DNA from: Antedon mediterranea
Lineage: Eukaryota > Animalia > Echinodermata
Length of the DNA: 64,000 nucleotides
Direction: 5' to 3'
NCBI RefSeq assembly: GCF_964355755.1
Contig: NC_092678.1
Coordinates: forward strand, 5,100,422-5,164,421
Shown piece by piece: positions 53,101 through 64,000 of the stretch (its first letter is position 1; the number at the start of each line of letters is the position of its first letter). The notes below the pieces were generated by a model. It was not told where the DNA came from. It was given only the letters and a program-made list of their open reading frames with translations, and did not search any database. Both the position numbers and the translations under genes were made by a program.

Positions 53101-54864
53101 AATTTAAAATATCAAATAAACTTGCATACTGAATAATATCTTATATGAATTTAATTATCAAAATTTTTTGGTATTTGATACAAAAAAAAGCCATGAGACA
53201 GAACGGTTTATTACAACATAAAATCTTTACAACAACCTTTAAAAAATTTATGTATAGTATATATATATTTACCGATTAACACAAGAAAACATACAGTGGG
53301 AAAAGAGGGTTCTTAGCACCTAGCATATATATATATCGCTGTGGCTAAAGATACGGTACCGTATTCTAACTTCTGTTTACTAAAGGTACGGTAAAATTGC
53401 ATTACGTCATAATCAGCCAATGGGGTTCTGGTACGTGTGTGACGTCATCATATAAGGATTTTTTTTTCATATCGCGTCTGTTGTATGTAGAGAATTCCTG
53501 TCGGCGGCGCCAGGCTGCATGGATGTGTGTGCGCTGATGAGGGTTTTATTTTTATTCCAAATGGCCTTTAGGCCTATATTTTTTATTAAACTTTGTTTAC
53601 AATGGTGACCATAAACAACAAGCAAATGCGGACAATAAAGGGGCCCTCAAATACTATGATTTTTAGACAGTAGCCCCAGGGCTGAGTCAATCATCAGCGC
53701 ACACATGCAGCTGGCCCCAGCCTGGCATCGCTTTCCTTACACACAAACAAACTCATATAATGAGGTTATAGTACGTAGTAAGTAGGCCTAGGCCTCTTTT
53801 GAAACGGTTTTCTGTATTCTAGAATTAAAATCAACATGTTTTGGCTTTTCAATAATAATAACAGACGTAGGCTGCATTTAGTTTTTGTCACACACGACGG
53901 CGATAATAGCGATAAATGAAGCATAAAGAAAATGCGGTTGATACTGTTTTCGCGATATGAAAAAAAAATCCAAAGTCCTTATACGATGACGTCACACACG
54001 TACCAGCACCCCATTGGCTGGTTATGACGTAATGCAATTTTACCGTACCTTTAGTAAACAGAAGTTAGAATACGGTACCGTATCTTTAGCCACGGCGTAT
54101 ATATATATATTAGTAGTTACCTGTGAATGGAGCTCCTTGTCCAGCAGTGTTATCCCTTCGGTCAGCTTGGACAACTGATCCGATATCGCCATAGTCTGCA
54201 TCACATGGTTTGTATGCGCCTTTACATCGAAATCGTCTTGGAGAAAGTTACGAAACGTTTCTATTAAAAAAAAAATTATATAAGATACTTATTAAATTAA
54301 ATATCATTTAGCCTACACTGTGCATTGATAATAATATTGATCCTAATGTACATCATTTCATTTTACTATTAATATTTAAATAAAATCCACATGCCTGATG
54401 GGGAACAGCAAATAGAAAAAATAAACCTTTTTTTGTGAACATTTTTAATTTTATTAAATAAATATATAATTATTATTAATATTAGGTTTAGCCTATATTG
54501 TATGATAGAGAATAAAACAAAACTGCAACAGTTAGTGCAAAGGATATAGCTGTGTATAGCATACTTTAAAAATGACAAAAATAAAGATTGATAACACGCT
54601 AGGCTATGAGTCTCATTTACGCAATGACGTGGCAGGAGCGGGAGCCACTGGGCCCCGTGATGATGCAGAATTGACTGACTAACTACGAACGGCCTAGCTT
54701 ATTCATATAGCTATAACTCAGTGAATATATCTTAAAATTATCCACAACTATTGGTCAGTTTTCTATATTATATGTTAAGTCATTAACTAATATTCACTAA
54801 AACATAAATTCCAATTTAATTGAATAAACCAACCATCTTCGTTCATCTGTAAAATAGCCTCCAT
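47138..54864 (-). CDS. COG5: Conserved oligomeric Golgi complex subunit 5, multi-exon
   Basis: [144 protein letters not shown]. Confidence 0.96.
47340..47442 (+). mobile_element. L2-type LINE/SINE 3' tail (a similar minus-strand tail at 59620-59680)
   Basis: tgtacagcacattgagag..tatgcgctatataag..attattatta. Confidence 0.5.
51635..52195. repeat. Intronic 24-bp/12-bp minisatellite filling a COG5 intron
   Basis: Unit tcaccaacactatcatattcactg with interspersed tcaccaacaatg half-units; starts just inside the GT donor at ~52197. Confidence 0.93.
52838..52939. mobile_element. MITE family A copy (internally deleted)
   Basis: Both TIRs intact, tta/taa flanks. Confidence 0.85.
53337..54097. mobile_element. 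Foldback non-autonomous DNA transposon, ~140-bp TIRs, inserted in a (TA)n tract
   Basis: cgctgtggctaaagatacggtaccg...catatcgcg is mirrored at 53951-54097; (TA)n on both sides. Confidence 0.88.
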
Positions 54865-55042
54865 TTTGCGATACGAATGAAAGAAGGGCGACGACCCTGG
54901 ATGACCTAACAGGAAGCAAATCACTACATTTGACCTTATTAGCGATGATGTCACTTCCTACAATTTCTATATATAGAACACAACAAACCTGCTGGTAAAC
55001 AAAAACAGGGTGGGTTTCCGTCAAAAACGTAATTAAACACAG
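54865..55042. promoter_or_regulatory. Probable bidirectional promoter of COG5 and ARIH2
   Basis: COG5 ATG (minus) at 54864 and a probable ARIH2 non-coding exon ending at the donor near 55042; ETS-like caggaag/acttcc motifs. Confidence 0.55.
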
Positions 55043-55501
55043 GTATATTTTATTTAAATAGAATACTAGTTGAATAGTTTTATAGTTTAGGAATACAATA
55101 AGGAAAAAAGTTTATAAAATATGTAGTTTTAATCTATGAATTTGTTCTAAATTTAAAATGTTGGCTAGGCATGCTGTGATTTAGTGTGAATGCATGTTGA
55201 TCGACTTGTCTACACGGTAGAAACTCGATTTGTCACGTTGACATTGTGTGTGGCAGCCTGTCACCTAGCCTAGGCCTAGAGTACATTTCGATGATACATG
55301 TAAAACACATATTAATATATTCACCATAGTGTCATAACACAGATTACCTGCTTATCCCCTGTTTTTCTTGATGTACTGTTCTTTGTTACTTATTAATACT
55401 GTATTAAACTATATAAAAATAAAAATTATTCATTTTAATTACTGCTAATGCAGTATTTTTATATTGTTTATAGAAACCAGCTTCCAAAAGAACTCTGTGA
55501 A

Positions 55502-58500
55502 ATGGACGAACCAGAATATGATGATGAATATGACGATGAAGAAGACGATGATGATGACGACTATTACGGGGAAAATAATGATGACGAACTTGAACCAGCT
55601 GCAGATAAAGAAAAAGATCCTGAATATTTTGAATATGAATGCTACACATTGGAACAAGCAAAGGATGTACTTGATGGAGAAAAGGACAGAGCTGCTAAGA
55701 TTCTTAAAGTATATCGAATCATGTTTCTTTCTCTGCAACACACTTCACTGACTGGCACACACACTCATTCCATATATCCAGCCACATTTCAACACACACA
55801 CACATCCACTGACTTGAAAATTCTCTAAATTAATGTTATCAATAATTAGTAACAATCGTTACTACCATTTTTCTTTGTAGGTCGCGCCCCCTGTTGCCCG
55901 AGTTTTGTTGATGGCCCATAACTGGATGTTTTCGGAAATAGAAAATAGGTAGGCAAAATGTATTGCGGATATTGAATGTTAAAATTCCAATGTGGCTGCT
56001 TTGAATATTGAATTAATATTGCATTTTTTATTTACAGGAACCAACAAGATATTTTGAATTTACTAAAAGATTGCAAGGTGATACCAAGAGCTGATCAAAG
56101 TGTTCCAAAGGTTTGTCATTCAGTTTCTGTATGGAGTACAAAAAGTGACTAAAAATACCCTGGCTAACAAAAACAAAGATTGTGAATAACATAATGGTAT
56201 ATTTGTTATTATAGGACATTGCGGTGCCTAGCAACTATACTTGTCCAGTATGTGTCCAGCGTGTTCCTAGTGGGAGCCTTCAGACACTCACGTGTGGTCA
56301 CTTCTTCTGCAAGGCCTGCTGGACAATGCATCTGGAGTTCCAAGTGCAAGATGGAGTAGCTACAGGTATAGTTACTTCCTTTTTCTAGAAACGGAACAGA
56401 ACATATATTTTGTCTTATATAAAAACCTCTGGCCCTTTTACATTATAACTAGAAATATTATATCAGTGTAGGAATGAAACTTTGTAGTTAAACCACTCTT
56501 TTGACATATGTGATGATAATCGATTTTGTCTTTCTTTTAGATATTCAATGTATGGCTAGTGATTGTTCTATTATTGCAACAGAAGACTTTGTTTTACCGC
56601 ACCTAAACAAACCAAAATTTAAAGATAAATATATGATATTCTGTATGCGAGATTACATAAAGGTTAGTATGCCTAGCAGCAAGCAGGCAAGGGTTACACC
56701 ATGGTTATACATAATGATTATTGTATTAGCAAATCTTGGTAGTACTAAAAACCGACCTTTTTAAACAACAAAGGTAGAGATCTAACTAAACATCTTGTAT
56801 TTGTGACAGACTCATTACAATCTACGACAGTGTCCTGGTGTTGACTGTGAGGTCACTGTAAAGTCTAACTCTCCTCAACCGAAGAAAGTCGTTTGTACTA
56901 AGTGTCAGACAAGCTGGTGGTAAGGATCCTTTAGTTTTTTCTTGGTACCTAATTACAATCCACCAGAGTGTTTACTTACGAAAACAATAGTTGATAAACA
57001 ATATATTGATTTATCACTTTGCATGGTGAATAAACCCAAAAAGAAAATAAAGTAAAGTTGACAATACCTTGATGTTCCAGTTATACTATAATTGTAGCAT
57101 AACAAAATCCTATACCATATTCTAAATATGTTATCAATATTTTGTCTTATTTAACATATATCTTTGTTATATTGCTTTTGCTAGTTTTCAATGTACAGGG
57201 AATTACCACGCACCCGCAGACTGTGACACTATCAAACGATGGCTAACTAAATGTGCTGATGATTCAGAAACTGCAAATTACATTAGTGCTCACACTAAAG
57301 ATGTATGTCAAATCTTCTAGTTACTAGATAGATATCAGATCAAATCTGTCTATTATTCTACTTAAATAATACAAAATCTATAGATCTAGACATACAGGAT
57401 TCTCACCCATAGAATCAATAATAGTCCATCATAATTTATCCTGTTACCTTGCCACTAACCCTATACGTGTTGATACCAACAGCCATGAGCCGTCTGCATC
57501 TATATGCATGTTCTTTAAGTTGATATTCCAATGTTTATTTTTCAGTGTCCTAAGTGTAATATTTGCATTGAGAAAAATGGGGGATGCAATCATATGGTAA
57601 GTGAAGCATTGAAGATAGGAAAAGACCCAAGTTTAGAGTATTAAGGGTATAAGGGCCACAAAAAATGTCATAAACTAACTGGATTACTTTAACACAGTAA
57701 ATATTATTTTTCCAGCAATGCTCAAAATGTAAACATGACTTTTGTTGGATGTGTTTGGGAGGTAAGCAATACAAAGTTGTTTATTATAATGGTTGTTAAT
57801 ACAATCTCATGAAATTTTTTTGTTACATTTGTACAACATTACTTTTGAGTGAGTGAGTGGCCGAGCTGTAATTACGTAGCCATAACATCGGCAGGGGTTC
57901 GAGGCTCATTCACTCCATGGTTCTGGTGGTAGAACGAGTCTTCTTGGATAAGGACTATAAACCGTAGGTCCAGTGTACACATCTAGCTCGTGTGCACTTT
58001 AAAGAACCTAGTACATCTTTCGAGACGAGTAGGGGTATTAGTACATCACAGCCACTGATCACCAACTGGGCCCTCTGGAAGACCAGTCGTTGACTGAAGA
58101 GGTTACCCAGTATAAATATATATTGCAATCAATCAATCAATCAATCACTACAGTCAGAAATAAGTGCACAGCAATAAACTGTACATTTTTATAATCTTCA
58201 TTTTGTTTGCAGACTGGAAGAACCACGGCAGTGAATATTACGAGTGCAGTCGCTACAAAGAAAATCCTAATATATCAAATGAATGTGCTAATGTAAAGGC
58301 AAGAGAAGCACTTAAAAAATATCTATTTTACTTTGAGAGAGTAAGTGTACATTGTCAACATTTTAAAGCGTGGTTCCCACTAGAACGTAACGCAAGGACG
58401 TAAACGCAACGCAAGCGTTTTAACCAATGACAAGCGAAGTTATAGACAGTTAGCAATCACAAGCGAATAAGTCAACGCTTGTGATTGGCCACCAATAGTG

Positions 58501-60075
58501 GGAACCACGCTTAAGAGGACAGGGTGTATGTACAGATTAAACGTTCCATGAATAATATCTGTATAAATAATAATGGTATAAGATACCCTTATTCTTTTAA
58601 AAATTTAAATGATCGACTTTTGTGAGTTCATATTTGGGCACATCACACTTATTTTGTCAAACTAATTTGATAGTGTAGACAGAGCTAATGAATTGTTGTC
58701 TCCGTTAGCTGGTTGAAAATAAAGCTGCCCCTATGTATTTATATCTAATAAATTAACTGAAGAATGTATTAATTTTGATAAAACACTAATTAATTATGTT
58801 TGTATCTTTAAAGTGGGAGAATCACTCAAAGAGTTTAAAATTAGAGGAACAAATGTTGGATGGAATTAATGAGAAGATTCACGGTAAAGTGATGAGTAAC
58901 ACAGGCACCTGGATTGATTGGCATTATCTGTTGGACTCGGCAGCCCTGCTTACAAAAGTAAGTCTGGCTCGTGTTTACTTTAAGAAAAGCTCAGTTCATC
59001 TTTCCAAAGAGTAGGTGGTTACCCTGGTATACTGGTCCATTCATCCCCTGTCGTTGGGGACAGACAAACGGGTACCGTTTGGTGGCAGCACTTGCAATGA
59101 AGGGACCCTTAGGAGAGAAGAAAGTTGTTGTATGTGTCGTCCACACCTGTGCGCAATTCAGCTCAGTTAGGCTGCAAGTCACAGGTTATTCCCCCACATT
59201 TACAAATAAATTACACTTACCACTGTAAGTAGGCCTACTGTACTCGCATTGATCACCTTCCTTACTTACATCAAAATAAACACTGAATGAATAAATGAAT
59301 AAGCACTAGCTGGATAAATTAAGCAAAATTACTTTAAATTATTCTCCTATGGAGTAGAAAGTGATCAATGCGTCATCCACAAACACACCTGCATTGTATT
59401 CAAATTAGCAAAACTAAAGGAGTTAAATTATACTAAAATGATAATGATTTTGTTACGATAGTGTCGGTACACGTTACAGTACACATATCCGTATGCGTAT
59501 TACTTGGATTCTGGACCAATGAAGGACTTGTTTGAGTACCAACAAGCGCAGTTAGAAGCTGAAATTGAAAATCTTGCCTGGAAAGTTGAAAGAGTTGAAA
59601 CGACAGATCGAGGGGTAAGTAATAGTAATAATGGTAGTCTTATATAGCGCCTAATACAATGTTTCTAAGCGCTTTACATACAAAAATGATCTATAAAATA
59701 TCCTAAAGCTCTGTCTACACTATCAAACTAGTTTGACAAAAAAGTGTGATGTGCCCAAATGTCTAATGTCTAAATATGGTAGTGATATGTCGAAATATGG
59801 TAGTGATATGACATCATCATGTTCATATTTGGGCACATCACATTTTTTTTGTCACATTTACACCGCTCCGTTCTCCTTAGTGTACTGCCCGAACAACATT
59901 GTTACTTTCTGTGGCTAGAACTACTGACTGATGTTTTTATTATAGAATAAAAATTACAAGTTATATGTATTTATTTACAATCATAGTATTGTTGTTTTTT
60001 CTTTAGGATTTAGAAAATCAAATGGATGTTGCAGAGAAACGACGTTTAACTCTACTTCAAAGGTTTTTTCTATAA
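55502..60075 (+). CDS. ARIH2: E3 ubiquitin-protein ligase ARIH2 (RBR, Ariadne family)
   Basis: Acidic N-terminus, RING1 [89 protein letters not shown], Ariadne domain. Confidence 0.96.
57851..58146 (+). mobile_element. DeuSINE with (AATC)n tail
   Basis: A box tggccgagctg, B box ggttcgaggct, Deu core, caatcaatcaatcaatca tail. Confidence 0.82.
58367..58511. mobile_element. MITE family B (PIF/Harbinger-like) with TAA target-site duplication
   Basis: taa-AGCGTGGTTCCCACTA ... TAGTGGGAACCACGCT-taa. Confidence 0.87.
58965..59225 (+). mobile_element. Degenerate Deu-domain SINE fragment with a different 3' part
   Basis: ctttaagaaaagctcagttcatctttccaaagagtaggtggttaccctggtatactgg resembles the Deu core at 12850-12910. 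Confidence 0.5.
59707..59858. mobile_element. MITE family A copy (right end missing); further copy at 60733-60858
   Basis: AGCTCTGTCTACACTATCAAAC plus internal motifs. Confidence 0.75.
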
Positions 60076-60178
60076 CATGACTAGCAACTCAAAACTCTTG
60101 AATTTGAACAATTAATGCAAATAATCTAAAAAATCCGTGATCGTAACACAACTTCAACTACTAAAATATGCTATAGAA

Positions 60179-60290
60179 ATAGAGTGCGGTATAATCTCCA
60201 AGGGAGTGCGGTATAATCTCCGATAAAGTGCGGTATAATCTCCGATAGAGTGCGGTATAATCTCCGATAGAGTGCAGTATAACCTCCGAT
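60179..60290. repeat. 22-bp tandem repeat (5 copies) just downstream of the ARIH2 stop
   Basis: Unit atagagtgcggtataatctccg. Confidence 0.9.
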
Positions 60291-62104
60291 ATTACATATG
60301 GTGGATTGCCTAAATGGAAATCCAAAAAGTAGGTATGCACTATGTTTTTATCTGGCAAAATGCCAATTAACTACTGTTTTGTGAGATGTGGAGACCGTCA
60401 CCATCAAACATATATTCAAACAAAAATATATTACTACTTCTGCCTCCTGCACTCTTTTTTGAGAAAGTTATTCATTAACAACCAGCTCCAACAGGTTAAA
60501 ATATATAAGAGTATATTATGTTTAAATATTTATTCTTTCACATGTTTAAATTCATGTACAGTATATAATATCATGACTTAAAAAGTACATGTCATCATTA
60601 TCAAGATATTAATAATGTGCAAAATATATTAAAGTATATATAAATATTTTGTTCAGGGCAAGTCAGGTTTTACACGATGCAATGATGAAAAGTAACTAAG
60701 TTGTATTGCTTTAACAATAGTGGTGATACTAAAGCTCTGTCCACACTATCAAACTTTATGTGACAAACAAATGTGATATGCCCATATATGGACATGATGA
60801 TGTCATATCACTACCATATTTGAGCATATCACTACCATGTTTGGAAACATTACACTATATTAAAATAGACAGACATTCCTAAAACATGTTTCTCAATCAT
60901 TTATATAATTATAAAATTTCTTTGGGATGCTGTATATATTCTAAAACTAAATATTTTATGAGCAGTTCCTCCAGTTCATACTATACGTTATCATTATATT
61001 ATCAGCATGTGTACACCTGTGTGTTATTTATCCCAGTGAATGTAGGGTATATAATCGGGTCTACTCACACTGCCGCCGTGTCCACAACAAATTTTGTTCT
61101 AATGGGTGTAATTAAGTGTAGAATATACTTGTTTTTAATATGAGGCGTCGGTAGCCAAATGGTCTAGATAAGTTTGTTTTAAAAAGAAATAAGAATATTT
61201 AGTTTCGCAATTGGTACTTTATGTTGTATTTTATTATATGCTATAAGAAATAGTAAAATCAAAGGCCTATATATAGTTCGTTTTTTCATATTTAGAGTTA
61301 ACAAATTGATTTGTAGAAACTTTTTAGATAGATTTTGTTTTGTTTTATTTAACAAGAACAATTGTATTCAATAAACAATACTGTACACATAAGAGAACAC
61401 GTGGTTATTTCCCTATCATTTATTCATTTGCGTTGCGCTTACGTACATCTTTGCGTTTTGCGCATACGTCGTTGCGTTGCGCATATGTCGTTGCGTTGCG
61501 CCTACGATATTGCTTTTACGAGCTGTTGTCTTTTTGACAGTATATCATTTTCTCTATTATTTCGTCGGCACATTCGATTAAATAAGATTTATATTTTAAC
61601 CAATAAGAAACATGATACACTTCATATAATGCGTTTAAGACATTTGAGATTTTGTATTAAGTAACATGCCAGTTTTGTACACTTTGCGCAATTTCCTTTC
61701 TTTTAATATAATTATAATTGTTATATAGCTGACGTAAGTCATCTGTTTGGTTGTTACCATGGATCTGAGATTTTAATCAGACTTGTAGCGCTTACAATAA
61801 TACCTTTCGAGATGTGCTCGTACCGAGACTGACATGATTTTCTACGCACTCTGAAATGTGTTGAGAAAACAAATAGGCGTTCAAAAGCTGACAATAGATC
61901 AGTAGTTTTAATAGGGGTGTTGTGGCAATAGGACGTGTGAGACCCGCGTAAGTGCGCTACATGTATCGCATAGTAACCAGTACGCGCACGCTCTAACGGA
62001 AAGATATCACCGCCGCCGCCCCAGGTAACCACCAATACAAACTGCACGTACTCAACAACTCAACAAGAAAGCTAAACTTTACTAGCTTGTTAACGTTTTT
62101 CGTA

Positions 62105-64000
62105 ATGGAAACTATAAGCGAACTAACAGAGTCATTGCAGGAGAGGGAAAAGGATGGAACCGGAGCAGGAGACAGTAGGCCTACTATATTGCCCAGTATT
62201 GAAACATCAAACACCAGTATGACAAGAAAACGCGGTGAGTTATTTAATCTTCTTAAACTTCTTCTGCTTTTGACAACCTATACCTACAGTAGGCTACCTC
62301 TCGATATTTTTTTTCTGAAAATGTTAAATACACGATTTTATCTTGCATCTAGACTATGAATAAAGAAGAGTATTTTGTAGGCCCTAGGCTACTTAATATA
62401 GGCCTATTCCTATGTCTATTGATATGATGTTAGGCCGGATGTTGGTTATTAAAATATTATATTAATTCATGATTTATTGTCATTCTATTTCTATCTTTTA
62501 CAATACAATATTTACTTTGCCATAATAAAAGCGTAGGCCTATATTAAATACAGTATTCGCGTGAAATCAATAATATTTTAAAGCGACATTTCAAAGTATA
62601 GGCGCCTACTTGTTGATATTAAAACATCTATATCAACAGCAGCTGTTCATACTTCCTGTCTTTAGAAATTCAAATTCAAGATGACCACCTCAACGCCGCC
62701 GAGATGTGTAAGATTGGTTTTTGAAATCAAATGTTTATCTTTAGCAGTGTCCGTTAAGCTACGTTTACACTGAGCAGAACACCGGATCAAATCCGTACGG
62801 AATCCGGTGTTGGTTAGTGTGAACGCTTCTATTCTTAACACTAAACCCATTCCTCGATTGTTTTCAGTGTGAACCTAGCTTTAGAAATTACAGAAATTTT
62901 AACAATTAGTTTGTTTAATTAAAATTATATTTTAGACGTTGGCGTTCCATAATGTTTAATTATAATGACATGACGTCCTATAGAAATGTATTAGCTCCAA
63001 TCATACCGTACCATATTTCACAGAATTTTGCTAATAATACATCATTATTCATCTGAAAATTACAGATATCAGACGAAGTGCAATGGGCGAATACATTGTT
63101 CCAAATGGGGAGGTTCCTCTCACTCAACAAGGTAAACATTTTTGTTGGTTATTGTTTGTAGGCCTTTAACATAATTTAAAGATAATGTTACGCGCGCGTC
63201 AATAGGAAATTCCATAATAATGTAAACTTTTTTTCTCAATCAAAGCAATTCCGTTACCAGGCCCTGCTGATTACCAACCAAAAGTATATCTGACGTCACC
63301 TCTGAAACCACAATACTCTATTGTTGGCCGACCAAAACCTGCAAAATGTAAGACAAACAGACAGTTATTATATTGATACTAAACAAATTGATTCCTATCG
63401 CACTTACAATTGATAAGATAGAAGTTTGAATAGTCCGTATTGCACTTTAAATAGTACCGTATTGCATTTTATTTTATAGTGCCTCAACATCCGGGTCCAG
63501 CAGACTACAAAACGACAGGAGATATGACATGGAGAGACAGACACGTGACTCTTAAGTCTAAGGGTAAAACATGTCCACATGGTTTAAAACGTAAGTATAC
63601 AAAATATGCAATCTATATAATTATTTTGACTGTGATCTAATGTTGGCGGCAACACAAGGACGTAGCTCATCGCATTTTGGACTAATAACAACGCAATGGA
63701 TCATCCGAACTGTCGCTCATGATTGGTCAACTTACTTGAGTTGCGCGAGCGCCTGACGTTACGTCCAAGAACTGACTAAACGTAGCCGTTTATAATAATA
63801 ATAAAGAAAATGAATTAATTGTATTTTATATGATAGCTGATCATCATTTAACGTGCAGTCTGGGACCTGCTGGGTACGCAGTACAGTACAACGATACAGG
63901 CAAACACGCACCAAGAGTTGGTATGTCGTACCGACACGCGGAGGGCGTGAACGCAGGCCATCCGAGCCAGTTGGTACAACCAGTAGACACCTACGGTATG
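62105..64000 (+). CDS. Sperm-tail PG-rich (PGP/SHIPPO) repeat protein, STPG/ODF3-like; incomplete at the 3' end, 5' exons uncertain
   Basis: Phase-consistent exons 63066-63131, 63261-63347, 63480-63590 and 63837-63995 encode QGPADYQPK..PQYSIVGRPK, HPGPADY, LGPAGY..APRVGM. Confidence 0.7.

Noticed and set aside
53530-53570. CTGATGA as a third hammerhead core
   Set aside because: No GAAA after a convincing helix II; it is part of the transposon's internal inverted repeat.

Overview
Gene-dense, AT-rich eukaryotic (animal) genomic DNA with short GT-AG introns. It is probably an invertebrate deuterostome, inferred from gene content, Deu-domain SINEs and TAGGCCTA-rich promoter flanks. Eleven spliced protein-coding genes can be reconstructed by eye: TMEM168 (+), TERB1 (-), HBP1 (+), two convergent CNBD2-like paralogs (+/-), an uncharacterised 163-aa gene (+), NICN1 (+), a USP deubiquitinase with a hydrophobic N-terminus (+), COG5 (-), ARIH2 (+) and a PGP/SHIPPO-repeat gene running off the end (+). 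Introns carry Harbinger-like and hAT-like MITEs, DeuSINEs, LINE tails, a foldback element and minisatellites. Four observations stand out. (1) Two minimal Penelope-type hammerhead ribozyme motifs lie in introns: one in sense orientation in HBP1 flanked by a 16-bp duplication, and one at the apex of a 56-bp inverted repeat in TERB1. (2) The HBP1 exon/intron junction is amplified 60-fold in tandem, giving 60 splice-donor copies. (3) TERB1 has two in-frame repeat expansions, including about 25 SQ motifs. (4) Genes that lie on human 7q22-31 and 3p21 are interleaved here. All identifications come from recalled family motifs; no database searches were run, and exon coordinates are read by eye.
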